Shown: positions 16,542-25,591, counted from the stretch's first letter. The stretch is DNA of 29,186 nucleotides from Candidatus Omnitrophota bacterium (GCA_043797665.1 JAZDPL010000013.1:1-29186), one strand, 5' to 3'. The notes: a model not told the origin generated them from the sequence alone. Numbers and translations: made by a program.

Positions 16542-18412
16542 TATCTCACCTTAATAGCGTCAAATTTACAAATATCACGACAAATTCCACACCGGGTACA
16601 CTTGTCTGAATCTATCGTGTGGGGCTTTTTCCTTTCCCCTTTTATCGCGTTTTGCGGACAGTTCCTGGCACATAAGCCACAACCGGTACAGGATTTTTCA
16701 TCAACATAATATTTAATAAGCGCCCGGCAAACCCCGGCCGGACATTTCTTCTCTTTAATGTGTGTCTCATATTCCTGGCGAAAATATTTTATGGTCGAAA
16801 GAACAGGATTGGGTGCACTCGTTCCCAGGGCACAAAGGGAAACATCCACTAACACCGCTGATATCTCTTCTAATAGCCCGATATCGCCTTCCTGTCCTTC
16901 TCCCGCACAAATTCTATTTAGAATTGCGAGCATCTGTTTTATTCCCTCACGACAGGGGACACATTTCCCGCAGGATTCTTCTTTGAGAAAATCCAAAAAA
17001 TACTTGGCGACATCAACCATGCAGGTATCTTCATCCATTACAATCATACCCCCGGAACCCATCATAGAACCTGCCTCGGTCAAAGCATCAAAATCAACCG
17101 GAAGGTCAATAAGGCTTTCCGGAAGACACCCGCCGGAAGGACCGCCGGTTTGGACCGCTTTAAACTTTTTACCTTTCGGAATTCCACCACCTATCTCATA
17201 GATAATCTCCCTTAAGGTCATTCCCATCGGGACTTCTACCAGGCCGGTATTACATACCTTTCCTACCAACGAAAATATCTTTGTGCCTTTGCTTCCTTCT
17301 GTCCCAATTTTTGAATACCATTCCGTACCCTGGTTAATAATTAAAGGTACATTCGCCCAGGTCTCAACGTTGTTTAGATTGGTTGGCCTATCCCAGAGCC
17401 CTTTCTCCACAGTATGGACATACTTTGCCCTCGGCCTGCCAACCTTCCCTTCCAAAGAAGACATTAACGCGGAAGACTCTCCGCAGACAAATGCTCCCCC
17501 TCCCCGAACAATCTCAATCCGAAAATCAAATCCTGAACCCAAAATCCTTTCGCCTAAAAGTCCATACTCCTCGGCTTGCTGCAAAGCTATCTTTACGTTC
17601 GCCACGGCCAGAGGATACTCATTTCTCACATAGATATACCCCTCGTGGGACCCAATAGCATAGGCACCGATAATCATCCCCTCAATAATACTGTGGGGAT
17701 TACCTTCCAGAAGGCTCCTGTCCATATAGGCACCGGGGTCTCCTTCATCCGCGTTACAGATTACATATTTAACTTCGCCTTCGGCCTTCCGGCAGGACTC
17801 CCACTTCTTTCCGGTAGGAAACCCGCCCCCGCCTCTGCCCCGAAGTCCTGATTTCTTAATCTCCTCAATCACCTCTTCCGGCTGCATAGTAAAGAGAACC
17901 TTGGCGAGGGATTCATAGCCCCCGAGAACAAGATAATCGTCAATATTGGTGGGGTCAACTTTCCTGTTATTACCTAAAATAATCTGGTTCTGCTTTTGAT
18001 AGAACGGCACATCTTTTTCGTAAACAACCTTTTTCTTGGTTAGAGGGTCAACATAAAGTAGCCGTTCGACAATACCACCTTTCTTTACGCTCTCAGAGAT
18101 AATTTCTGAAACGTCATCCGGTTTTACCCGCTGGTAAAAGATGCCTTTCGGGTAAATTACTACTACCGGTTCTACTTCACAAAAACCATGGCAGCCTGTC
18201 TCCTGAAATTCCACCTTCCTGGTGAGTCTGCTTCTTTCAAGTTCATTCTTAAAGGCGTCTACTACCTCTCCGGCTCCCCGGGCCCGACCACAGGTACCAG
18301 CGGAAACCACAACCCTGATTTTATAAGAAGATTTATTTTTAGCGATGGCCGTTCGCAGGCTACTTAGTTTCTCCAAACCAGGAGACGTTGAATCTTTTTC
18401 TTTTTTATTCAT
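16541..18412 (-). CDS. NuoF/HydB-like FMN- and NAD(P)H-binding subunit
   Basis: [48 protein letters not shown]-terminal thioredoxin-like Fe-S domain and C-terminal 2x[4Fe-4S]. Confidence 0.92.
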   Translation of the reverse strand: MNKKEKDSTSPGLEKLSSLRTAIAKNKSSYKIRVVVSAGTCGRARGAGEVVDAFKNELERSRLTRKVEFQETGCHGFCEVEPVVVIYPKGIFYQRVKPDDVSEIISESVKKGGIVERLLYVDPLTKKKVVYEKDVPFYQKQNQIILGNNRKVDPTNIDDYLVLGGYESLAKVLFTMQPEEVIEEIKKSGLRGRGGGGFPTGKKWESCRKAEGEVKYVICNADEGDPGAYMDRSLLEGNPHSIIEGMIIGAYAIGSHEGYIYVRNEYPLAVANVKIALQQAEEYGLLGERILGSGFDFRIEIVRGGGAFVCGESSALMSSLEGKVGRPRAKYVHTVEKGLWDRPTNLNNVETWANVPLIINQGTEWYSKIGTEGSKGTKIFSLVGKVCNTGLVEVPMGMTLREIIYEIGGGIPKGKKFKAVQTGGPSGGCLPESLIDLPVDFDALTEAGSMMGSGGMIVMDEDTCMVDVAKYFLDFLKEESCGKCVPCREGIKQMLAILNRICAGEGQEGDIGLLEEISAVLVDVSLCALGTSAPNPVLSTIKYFRQEYETHIKEKKCPAGVCRALIKYYVDEKSCTGCGLCARNCPQNAIKGERKKPHTIDSDKCTRCGICRDICKFDAIKVR

Positions 18413-18854
18413 AACCTTTAATAATAGATTTGATTTTTGCCGGGGTCACTTCACCAAAGTATTTCCCGTCAACCACCATAATCGGTCCGATGGCACAACA
18501 TCCTAAACAATTTACCGTTTCTAAGGTAAACCGCTGGTCATCAGTGGTCTCACCCGGCTTAACTTCCAAAATCCTTCCAATCTCTTCCACGAGCCTTGCC
18601 CCTCCTCTTACGTGGCAGGCAGTTCCAAGGCATACGGTAATCAGGTGTTTACCACGGGGTTTAAGTGAAAAAGCCCTAAAGAACGTTGCGGCACTGAAAA
18701 TTTTACTGAACGGAATCCCTATCCCTTCGGCAATTCCCCTTAAAGCCTTTTCTGGTAAATAGTTATATTCTGCCTGAATGTCCTGAAGGATGGCGATTAA
18801 GGAAGACCGGGAATATTTATGCCTTTTTAATATCCGCTCTATTTCTGTTTCCAT
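18405..18854 (-). CDS. NuoE/HydC-like 2Fe-2S subunit
   Basis: [11 protein letters not shown]...[14 protein letters not shown] at 18854 just after the upstream stop. Confidence 0.92.
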   Translation of the reverse strand: METEIERILKRHKYSRSSLIAILQDIQAEYNYLPEKALRGIAEGIGIPFSKIFSAATFFRAFSLKPRGKHLITVCLGTACHVRGGARLVEEIGRILEVKPGETTDDQRFTLETVNCLGCCAIGPIMVVDGKYFGEVTPAKIKSIIKGYE

Positions 18855-18855
18855 C

Positions 18856-19326
18856 TTATTTCCGACTCCCAATTAACTCACAAATAGACTCCAATTTTAA
18901 AGCACCGGTTGGACAGGCTTCAACACAGGCAGGTTCCTCTCCATTCTGCAACCTTTCCAAACAGAGGTCACACTTTATAATGACCTTTTTATCCTTGCTT
19001 AACTGAGGAATACCCCAGGGGCAAACAATAACACAGAAGGAACATCCGACACAGAAAGGGGTATCTATCACTACCGGTTCTTCCAAACTTCTTCTACGGA
19101 GAGCCTTGGTGGGACAGACCTGAACACAGGGTGCAGATTCGCAGTGACGACACTGTAAGGGTACGGCAAAACCCTTGATTTCGGTTAGATGAACTCTATA
19201 TTTAGGGGAAGGTGATTCTTTAAGTACCTCAAACAAATCTTTCGAATCTGAATGTTCCACCGCGCAGGCGATTTCACAACTCCGGCAGCCCAAACACTTT
19301 TCAGGATTAACGAATATTCTGTCCAT
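18856..19326 (-). CDS. CooF/HydN-like 4x[4Fe-4S] electron-transfer protein
   Basis: CLGCRSCEIAC, CRHCESAPCVQVCP, CVGCSFCVIVCP, KCDLC...PACVEACP. Confidence 0.9.
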   Translation of the reverse strand: MDRIFVNPEKCLGCRSCEIACAVEHSDSKDLFEVLKESPSPKYRVHLTEIKGFAVPLQCRHCESAPCVQVCPTKALRRRSLEEPVVIDTPFCVGCSFCVIVCPWGIPQLSKDKKVIIKCDLCLERLQNGEEPACVEACPTGALKLESICELIGSRK

Positions 19327-19359
19327 ATAAACACATCCTCATTGTAAAATAACGTCTTT

Positions 19360-19423
19360 TGTCATCCTGAACGAACGTGAAGGATCTAATGGATTAGATT
19401 CTTCGCTGACGCTCAGAATGACA
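19360..19423. repeat. Family B element, intergenic
   Basis: TGTCATCCTGAACGAACGTGAAGGATCT...AGATTCTTCGCTGACGCTCAGAATGACA. Confidence 0.9.
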
Positions 19424-19428
19424 CGTGT

Positions 19429-20385
19429 TTACTGAATATTTACCAGATTTTTAACCGCTTGCCGGACCAGTTTAATTGCTTCCGGATGACGCATAACCAG
19501 AATGTCAGCACCCGCCAGAAGAAGGGTAATGCCGGTCAAAGCCTCTAAAAGTATTCCCCTTTTCCCGATATCGCCTAATTTCGGGTCCTCTTCCTCAGTA
19601 GTCTTAGCCTCTTTCTTCTTCCAGACATCAGTGGCGAAATTAGCAATGATGGGGAATTGCAATTTCCTGTCGGCCTGGGTTAAGGCAGCCTGGCGCGCCC
19701 GTTCCATCACCGTGAAGGTATACTCTATTCCGTACCCTAAACTACAACCGCCGATATTGGGGTCAATTAGTATCTGGTCGTCCGGCACGCCAAGATCTCC
19801 CAACAGTATGTTTAATTGTTTGGCAAGATTGATATCAATGGGCGTAGAAGCCACAATGGTATGTTTATAGGCAATGGCGGCCGCGCCGATTTTCTTGTAA
19901 TTTTTGTCCGTAGCGGGTCCCAGAATTAGATTCCTGTCCTGACAGACCTCGGCGATTTTAGGCAGAACTTCGGCATCCTTATCCGCGCTTTCGCATCCCC
20001 AGACAATCAGAGGCACCGAAACCGCGGACGACACCTCCTTTACAATCGGAGCGACCTCTTCGGCAGACCGGTTCAAGCCATTGGGGTCGGTACTGACCAG
20101 ACGGAGACAGACCATTTCCGCATTACATTCGGCAACGGTCTTCTTCGCCCAGGCGACCGGGTCGTCAAGAACGTCCTTGAACGGAGTCCGGTCTCCGGCG
20201 GTCCAATCTTCCGGCCTGGTATCGTAGACCTCAAAGGCGATGCGGGGCGGGTTCGGCATCAGACCTTCAAAAAGGCGGAACGGGTAACTGGTCTCCCCGC
20301 CTACCGTGATCGTCTTTTCACCCCGTCCAACCTTGACTTCATTTATCTTGCCTGAATAAGGAATCTTCGGAATCTCCAAAGCCAT
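19429..20385 (-). CDS. acsD: Corrinoid iron-sulfur protein small (delta) subunit
   Basis: YSGKINEV, VGGETSYPF, PIDINLAKQLN, LGYGIEY, GADILVMRHP. ATG at 20385 with a GAAGGAG RBS. Confidence 0.93.
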   Translation of the reverse strand: MALEIPKIPYSGKINEVKVGRGEKTITVGGETSYPFRLFEGLMPNPPRIAFEVYDTRPEDWTAGDRTPFKDVLDDPVAWAKKTVAECNAEMVCLRLVSTDPNGLNRSAEEVAPIVKEVSSAVSVPLIVWGCESADKDAEVLPKIAEVCQDRNLILGPATDKNYKKIGAAAIAYKHTIVASTPIDINLAKQLNILLGDLGVPDDQILIDPNIGGCSLGYGIEYTFTVMERARQAALTQADRKLQFPIIANFATDVWKKKEAKTTEEEDPKLGDIGKRGILLEALTGITLLLAGADILVMRHPEAIKLVRQAVKNLVNIQ

Positions 20386-20401
20386 CGCTTCTCCTTCTTT
20401 T

Positions 20402-20451
20402 GTAGGGGTTTGATTTATCAAACCCGCGGGCGCCATGAATGGCGCCCCTAC
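20402..20451. repeat. Family A variant; supplies the cooC TAG stop
   Basis: GTAGGGGTTTGATTTATCAAACCCGCGGGCGCCATGAATGGCGCCCCTAC; both stems altered with compensatory changes. Confidence 0.88.
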
Positions 20452-21206
20452 GTCAACCTATTTAAAATCGCTTCGCCTTCTTTCAATAATTCCGGACAAC
20501 TTCCAAATAAGGATAAACCCTTTAAACCGGCGTCTTTTATTTCTTCATGGTAAGAAAGAAAGCCTAAGAGTTCAAGAGCTTTAAGTCTATCCGTAATGAA
20601 CTTCCGGTCCTCTTCATCATCAATCTTATTACCGACCACACCGATCTTTTTGAGGCCAATCTCCCCGGCCAGATTCTTAATATGAAGGCTGGTTTCAATA
20701 CTGAGCAGGCTGGGTTCCGCCACAATAATCAGCCGGTCAACCGCTTCCACGGTTCCCCGGCCTAAGTGCTCGATTCCCGCCTCCATATCCAGAAGTACCA
20801 CCTCTTTTCTCTCTACGATTAAATGCCGGAGGAGCGCTTTCAAAAAGGCGTTCTCCGGACAGGTACAGCCCAGACCACCGCCCCGTACCGTACCCATCAC
20901 CGCTAAATTTATGCCCTGGTGGGAAACAAAAAACTTATCCGGAATATCGTCAACACGCGGGTTTAACTTAAAGTAAGGATTGGAAGCGCCTGCCTTGGCA
21001 CCGGTCCTCTCCTCAATCAATTCCTTCATCTTAATGAGAGGCGTAATTTGAGAAGAGCGGGGGAACCCTAAAGTCAGGGCAAGGTTGGCATCCGGGTCGG
21101 CATCAATGGCAAAAACCTTTTGTCCTTTCTCCGTGAACAGTCTGGCGAGGACGGCAACAAGGGTCGTCTTGCCTACCCCGCCTTTGCCGCTTACGGCTAT
21201 CTTCAT
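20448..21206 (-). CDS. cooC: CODH/ACS nickel-insertion ATPase (CooC/AcsF)
   Basis: GKGGVGKTT, DADPDANL, GCTCPEN, DMEAGIEHLGRG. Confidence 0.94.
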   Translation of the reverse strand: MKIAVSGKGGVGKTTLVAVLARLFTEKGQKVFAIDADPDANLALTLGFPRSSQITPLIKMKELIEERTGAKAGASNPYFKLNPRVDDIPDKFFVSHQGINLAVMGTVRGGGLGCTCPENAFLKALLRHLIVERKEVVLLDMEAGIEHLGRGTVEAVDRLIIVAEPSLLSIETSLHIKNLAGEIGLKKIGVVGNKIDDEEDRKFITDRLKALELLGFLSYHEEIKDAGLKGLSLFGSCPELLKEGEAILNRLT

Positions 21207-21226
21207 TTTGGAATTCCCCCTAAAAT

Positions 21227-21256
21227 ATTATATCTCCTTCTTGAATTTTTTGTCAA
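21227..21256 (-). promoter_or_regulatory. Sigma-70 promoter of the acs/coo operon
   Basis: Perfect TTGACA-18-TATAAT, 20 nt upstream of the cooC ATG. Confidence 0.75.
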
Positions 21257-21279
21257 ACACGGAAGGTACGATAGCGTTT

Positions 21280-21371
21280 TGTCATTCTTGAGTGTAAACG
21301 AAGAATCTGATTTTTGTTGAGAACTCCATGTAGACGAGATTCTTCGGGGACTATGTCCCCTCAGAATGACA
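21280..21371. repeat. Family B element
   Basis: TGTCATTCTTGAGTGTAAACGAAGAATCT...AGATTCTTCGGGGACTATGTCCCCTCAGAATGACA. Confidence 0.85.
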
Positions 21372-21442
21372 GATGGGGAAACCTTTTCAGCGGTCCCTGA
21401 GGTATTGGAGGGTATTAGGCGGGTGTGGTAAAATAAAAATGT

Positions 21443-21560
21443 CCCTGGTGACGACCTACTCTCCCGTTTCGTTTCCGAAACAGTACCATCGGCGCGGGAA
21501 GGCTTAACTGCCGTATTCGAAATGGGAACGGGTGTTTCCCTTCCGCTATGGTCACCAGAG
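21443..21560 (-). rRNA. rrf: 5S ribosomal RNA (solitary)
   Basis: Minus strand CTCTGGTGACCATAGCGGAAGGGAAACACCCGTTCCCATTTCGAATACGGCAGTTAAGCC...GCCGATGGTACTG...CGGGAGAGTAGGTCGTCACCAGGG, with a complementary terminal helix. Confidence 0.96.
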
Positions 21561-21569
21561 ACAGGATAA

Positions 21570-21598
21570 ATTTTACTATATCCGGGGAAGATTGTCAA
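21570..21598 (-). promoter_or_regulatory. Sigma-70 promoter of the 5S rRNA
   Basis: TTGACA-17-TAAAAT ending ~9 nt before the 5S 5' end. Confidence 0.75.
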
Positions 21599-21603
21599 CA
21601 CCA

Positions 21604-21696
21604 AGATTCTTCGCGGAGTTTACCCTGAGATTCTTCGCTTCGCTCAGAATGACAAACGAAGGGCTCAGAATGACAAACGAAGGGCTCAGAATGACA
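21604..21696. repeat. Nested/tandem family B right arms
   Basis: Two AGATTCTTCGC starts and three GCTCAGAATGACA ends (21642, 21663, 21684; 21-nt period). Confidence 0.85.
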
Positions 21697-21707
21697 GGGG
21701 AGATGGA

Positions 21708-22649
21708 ATGAAGGAAGAGGAAAAGAGGGGAAGGCTGTACCGGCTTTTAGGGGATTTGCCGGACAGGAGACGACCGGTATCAAGCCGTTTGATTACTAAG
21801 GAAGAACAAAAAAACTTTGTTTTGGAACGGCTGTCTTTAAACCTGAACGGACTGGAAGAGGTACCCGCCTGCTTTGTCTATCCAAAAAAAGCAAAAGGAA
21901 GGGTGCCGGGCATCCTCTTCAACCATTCCCACGGCGGAAGGTATAATGCAGGCAAAGATGAACTATTGGAGAGCGCACCCTATATGTTCCCGGTATCCTA
22001 CGCTGAGGCATTAACGAAAGAAGGCTACGCGGCTCTGGCGATTGATGCCTGGAATTTCGGAGAGAGAGCCGGAAGAACCGAATCAGAACTCTTCAAGGAG
22101 ATGCTCTGGAAGGGACAGGTCTTATGGGGAATGATGGTCTACGACAGCCTGCGGGCAATAGACTATTTAGTCTCCCGAACCGAAGTCAATAAAGACCGTC
22201 TGGGAACAATGGGAATGTCTATGGGCAGTACCATGGCCTGGTGGGTAGCCGCCCTGGATATCCGGATAAAGGTATGCGTCGATATCTGCTGTCTGACCGA
22301 TTTTCATTCCCTGATTAACCGCCGGGGGTTGGACGGACACGGCATCTATTACTACGTCCCGGGTCTCTTAAAAGAGTTTGACACCGCAGGAATAAACAGT
22401 CTTATCGCACCCAGAGCCCACTTAGCTCTGGCGGGAAATTTTGACCTGCTGACTCCGCCGGAGGGTCTGGATAAGATTGACGCGGCACTCAAGAAAGTCT
22501 ATCAAAGTAGGGGTCGGATTCATCCGACCCGCGGGCTTGATAAATCAAGCCCCTACAACGCCTGGCGGATGGTACGGTATAACGTGGGACACCGGGAGAC
22601 TGCGGAGATGCGAAAGGAAGTACTGGCGTTCTTTAGGAAAAAACTGTAG
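21708..22649 (+). CDS. Alpha/beta hydrolase (dienelactone hydrolase/YtaP-like)
   Basis: HSHGG, GMSMG nucleophile elbow, IAPR, D.LTP, GHRET. Confidence 0.85.
   Translation: MKEEEKRGRLYRLLGDLPDRRRPVSSRLITKEEQKNFVLERLSLNLNGLEEVPACFVYPKKAKGRVPGILFNHSHGGRYNAGKDELLESAPYMFPVSYAEALTKEGYAALAIDAWNFGERAGRTESELFKEMLWKGQVLWGMMVYDSLRAIDYLVSRTEVNKDRLGTMGMSMGSTMAWWVAALDIRIKVCVDICCLTDFHSLINRRGLDGHGIYYYVPGLLKEFDTAGINSLIAPRAHLALAGNFDLLTPPEGLDKIDAALKKVYQSRGRIHPTRGLDKSSPYNAWRMVRYNVGHRETAEMRKEVLAFFRKKL
22507..22556. repeat. Family A element in-frame in the hydrolase (encodes [16 protein letters not shown])
   Basis: GTAGGGGTCGGATTCATCCGACCCGCGGGCTTGATAAATCAAGCCCCTAC; identical to 22646-22695. Confidence 0.92.
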
Positions 22650-22695
22650 GGGTCGGATTCATCCGACCCGCGGGCTTGATAAATCAAGCCCCTAC
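22646..22695. repeat. Family A element; supplies the hydrolase TAG stop
   Basis: Identical 50-mer; the TAG at 22647-22649 is inside GTAG. Confidence 0.92.
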
Positions 22696-22706
22696 ATTTA
22701 TAATCT

Positions 22707-23999
22707 ATGAAACCGATTTTGCAGGTGGCGTTAGACTTTGTTGATTTAGCCCGGGCACTCAAAGTGGCGGAAGAATCAGTGAAAGGCGGTGCGGACTGGT
22801 TGGAAACCGGCACACCCTTGATTAAGAGTGCCGGATTGGAAGCGGTCAGGCGTCTGCGGGCAAAATTCCCCAAAAAGACCATCGTGGCAGATTTGAAGAC
22901 CTTTGACGCCGGCCGGTTAGAAGTAGAGATGGCTGCGAAAGCGGGCGCCAATATCACGGTAGTAATGGCCGGCGCACCTATTGACACCATTAAAGACAGC
23001 GTGCTGGCCGGCCGGAACTACGGCTGCCGGATTATGGCTGACTTCTTAGGGGTTGAAGACGTGGAAACCCGGGCAAAAAAATTGACGGACATCGGTGTTG
23101 ACTTCCTCAATATCCATATCGGCATTGATCAGCAGATGACCGGCAAGGTCTCTTTTGACGTCATTAAACGGTTAGCCAGGGTTACGCCATTACCGATTGC
23201 TGCCTCCGGCGGAATAAATTCGGAAAACGCTGCCTTAGCCCTTAATGCCGGGGCTTCTATTATCATCGTGGGCGGTGCCATTACCAAGAGTCCTGACGCA
23301 GCACAGGCTACCCGAATAATCAAAGAAGCGATGACAAAACATAAATCTATACCTACTCCCCTTTATCGCCGGGTGGGTCCGGAAGGAATCAGAAAGACGC
23401 TGGAAAAAGTCTCCACGGCAAATATCTCCGATGGAATGCACCGCGCCTTTGGCCTTTCCGGAATCAAGCCGGTGGGAGAATGGTCCGGGATGAAGATGAT
23501 GGGTGAAGCGTTTACCGTGCGCACATACCCGGGTGACTGGGCAAAACCGGTTGAGGCGGTCGATTTGGCGAAAAAAGGGGATGTCATTGTCATTGACGCC
23601 GGGGGTGTTCCGCCGGCGGTCTGGGGAGAATTAGCCACCCACAGCGCTGTAACGAAAAAACTGGCCGGCGTGGTGATTGACGGAGCGATTCGGGACGTAA
23701 GCGACATCAGGAAGTTGAGATTCCCTGCCTTCAGCCGGCACATCTGCCCTAACGCCGGAGAACCAAAAGGTTTTGGTGAGATTGGCGTACCGGTCCATCT
23801 CGGTGGTCAAAGAATCTTTCCGGGCGACTGGGTGGTTGGCGATGAAGACGGCGTGGTAATTATTTCCAAAGAGTCCGCAGTGGAGTTTACCAACCGGGCA
23901 ATGGACGTTCTGGAAAAAGAGAACCGCCTGCGTGAGGAAATTCGCAGGGGCGGGACGCTGGCTCAAATTACTGAACTTTTAAAGTGGGAGAAAAAGTGA
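22707..23999 (+). CDS. hxlA: 3-hexulose-6-phosphate synthase fused to an RraA/HMG-aldolase-like domain
   Basis: LQVALD, ETGTPLIKSAG, ADLKTFDAG, HIGIDQQ, SGGIN; C-terminal ANISD, AVWGEL, IDGAIRD, PGDWVVGDEDGVV. Confidence 0.85.
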   Translation: MKPILQVALDFVDLARALKVAEESVKGGADWLETGTPLIKSAGLEAVRRLRAKFPKKTIVADLKTFDAGRLEVEMAAKAGANITVVMAGAPIDTIKDSVLAGRNYGCRIMADFLGVEDVETRAKKLTDIGVDFLNIHIGIDQQMTGKVSFDVIKRLARVTPLPIAASGGINSENAALALNAGASIIIVGGAITKSPDAAQATRIIKEAMTKHKSIPTPLYRRVGPEGIRKTLEKVSTANISDGMHRAFGLSGIKPVGEWSGMKMMGEAFTVRTYPGDWAKPVEAVDLAKKGDVIVIDAGGVPPAVWGELATHSAVTKKLAGVVIDGAIRDVSDIRKLRFPAFSRHICPNAGEPKGFGEIGVPVHLGGQRIFPGDWVVGDEDGVVIISKESAVEFTNRAMDVLEKENRLREEIRRGGTLAQITELLKWEKK

Positions 24000-24001
24000 C
24001 C

Positions 24002-25474
24002 TTACTCGCTGGCTTCCACCGGAGATATAACATCCGGTTCTGATAGAACGCGGCGGGCTCCGATAAAGTGGCTTCGGAAATAGCCGGATTTTTCAAAGTT
24101 ATCCACCATCACCCGGCGGTTACTCCGGCTGGCGTGTAAAATCAAACCCTTTCCCAAATAGATTGCTACGTGGGTCGGGTAACGTGCCTTTCTGGTGGTA
24201 AAAAAAAGAAGGTCACCCGGTAAAAGGTCAGAAAAGGCAACCGGCTCTCCTTTTAAGAATTGAGTCCTGGCTGTTCGCGGAAGGTCAATGCCGATAGCGC
24301 TGAAAGCCTTTTTGACCAGACCGGAACAGTCAATCCCTAACTGGCTGAACCCGCCCAACCGGTAAGGCACACCGACAAATTCAAAAGCGCTCTGCAGAAG
24401 TTTTGCCGCAGCCCCATCCAAGTCCGGGGGTAATTCCGATTCCTTATCTACCGGTTTGTTATTGGCGACCTCTAAGGTTGGCTCTTCCGCAGAAGGGACC
24501 CGAACCTTAGAGACCTTTACCAGAAGCCGTTTGCCTGTGGAAATACGGGTGTTGGACAGGTTATTCAATCTCTTCAGTTCCGGCACACCGGTACCATACT
24601 TCCGGGCAATCTTCGCCAGGGTGTCACCCTTCTTAATCTTGTGGTAGACCTTTTCAGTCCGGTAGTTAGAACCAATTTCCCGCGACCGGCTTTCTTCTCG
24701 TTCGGTGGTACTGACAATCAATTCTTGACCTATCCTGAGGCTGTTTCCGGTGAGGTTGTTCCATGCCCTAAGTTCCTTCACGGTAATGCCGTGCCTCTTA
24801 GCGATACTCCAGAGGTTGTCGCCTTTGCGTACGGTGTATTCCTGAGGAGTAGAAACAGGTACGGGTTCCCTACCATCAAGGTAGGGGGTTTCGTTTCCTG
24901 CGGAAACTTGACTACCTGGCGGAACCTGAGCCACAGGCACGGGTCCTCTACCATCAAGGTAGGGGGCTTGCTTAACCTGGTCTCCGGTTAAAACCTGAGT
25001 CCCAACTGCACCCTGGCTTATCTGATGCTTTTTTTCTAATCCCCCTTCCTCCCCTTTTGACAAAGGGGGATTGAGGGGGATTTCACTCTTCTCTGAGTCC
25101 AGTATCCCTTCCGCATATTCGGTAACCTTTTTTGATAAGACATCGGCCCAGTAGGCTTTTTGCTGAACCTTTTCGGTGCGGGTAACAGAATCCCCCTGAG
25201 GTCCCCCTTTTACAAAGGAGGATTGAGAGGAATTTGACTTGACTTCAGGAGTTTCTACCCTGGGACTACTTATTACTAACTTTTGACCTATTTTGAGGGC
25301 ACTTCCGGTGAATTTATTTAAAGTCTTCAGTTCTTTAACCGTAAGGTTATGCCTCCTGGAGATACTCCAGAGGTTGTCACCTTTGACTACGGTATACTCC
25401 TGCGCCGCGTGAGCAAACAAAGGCAAAAACCCAAGGAAAAGAACAAACAGCCAGAGACTTTTTCTACTAATCAT
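24002..25474 (-). CDS. Secreted LysM (x3) + NlpC/P60 cell-wall peptidase
   Basis: Signal peptide; YTVVKGDNLWSI, YTVRKGDNLWSI, HKIKKGDTLAKI; GVPYRLGG...IDCSG...HVAIY...HAS. Confidence 0.92.
   Translation of the reverse strand: MISRKSLWLFVLFLGFLPLFAHAAQEYTVVKGDNLWSISRRHNLTVKELKTLNKFTGSALKIGQKLVISSPRVETPEVKSNSSQSSFVKGGPQGDSVTRTEKVQQKAYWADVLSKKVTEYAEGILDSEKSEIPLNPPLSKGEEGGLEKKHQISQGAVGTQVLTGDQVKQAPYLDGRGPVPVAQVPPGSQVSAGNETPYLDGREPVPVSTPQEYTVRKGDNLWSIAKRHGITVKELRAWNNLTGNSLRIGQELIVSTTEREESRSREIGSNYRTEKVYHKIKKGDTLAKIARKYGTGVPELKRLNNLSNTRISTGKRLLVKVSKVRVPSAEEPTLEVANNKPVDKESELPPDLDGAAAKLLQSAFEFVGVPYRLGGFSQLGIDCSGLVKKAFSAIGIDLPRTARTQFLKGEPVAFSDLLPGDLLFFTTRKARYPTHVAIYLGKGLILHASRSNRRVMVDNFEKSGYFRSHFIGARRVLSEPDVISPVEASE
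24862..24887. repeat. Family E mini element, in-frame in the LysM linker (PYLDGREP)
   Basis: CGGGTTCCCTACCATCAAGGTAGGGG; identical to 27168-27193. Confidence 0.85.
24940..24965. repeat. Family E mini element, in-frame in the LysM linker (PYLDGRGP)
   Basis: CGGGTCCTCTACCATCAAGGTAGGGG. Confidence 0.8.
25038..25083. repeat. Family D element, in-frame (IPLNPPLSKGEEGGL)
   Basis: AATCCCCCTTCCTCCCCTTTTGACAAAGGGGGATTGAGGGGGATTT. Confidence 0.88.
25189..25235. repeat. Family D element (degenerate), in-frame (NSSQSSFVKGGPQGD)
   Basis: AATCCCCCTGAGGTCCCCCTTTTACAAAGGAGGATTGAGAGGAATTT. Confidence 0.8.
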
Positions 25475-25488
25475 CGAACACCGTTAGT

Positions 25489-25548
25489 GTAGGGGTCGGA
25501 TTCATCCGACCCGCATATCTTTCGGGCTCAATAAATTGAGCCCCCTAC
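25489..25548. repeat. Family A variant, upstream of the LysM gene
   Basis: GTAGGGGTCGGATTCATCCGACCCG...CGGGCTCAATAAATTGAGCCCCCTAC. Confidence 0.88.
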
Positions 25549-25591
25549 ATTTTCGTGCCTGATATAACGTACTTCACTGCGTATTTACTAA

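Noticed and set aside
15777..18854. Respiratory complex I or [FeFe]-hydrogenase
   Set aside because: No membrane nuo subunits, and no H-cluster motifs in the 254-aa subunit.
21203..21604. 133-aa minus-strand ORF
   Set aside because: It is a translation of the 5S rRNA, a repeat and promoter DNA.
21642..21696. Possible mini CRISPR array
   Set aside because: 21-nt period with identical 8-nt 'spacers', sequence belongs to repeat family B, and there are no cas genes.
22507..22695. Two identical 50-mers as CRISPR repeats or att sites
   Set aside because: They are dispersed family A copies, and the 89 nt between them is hydrolase coding sequence.
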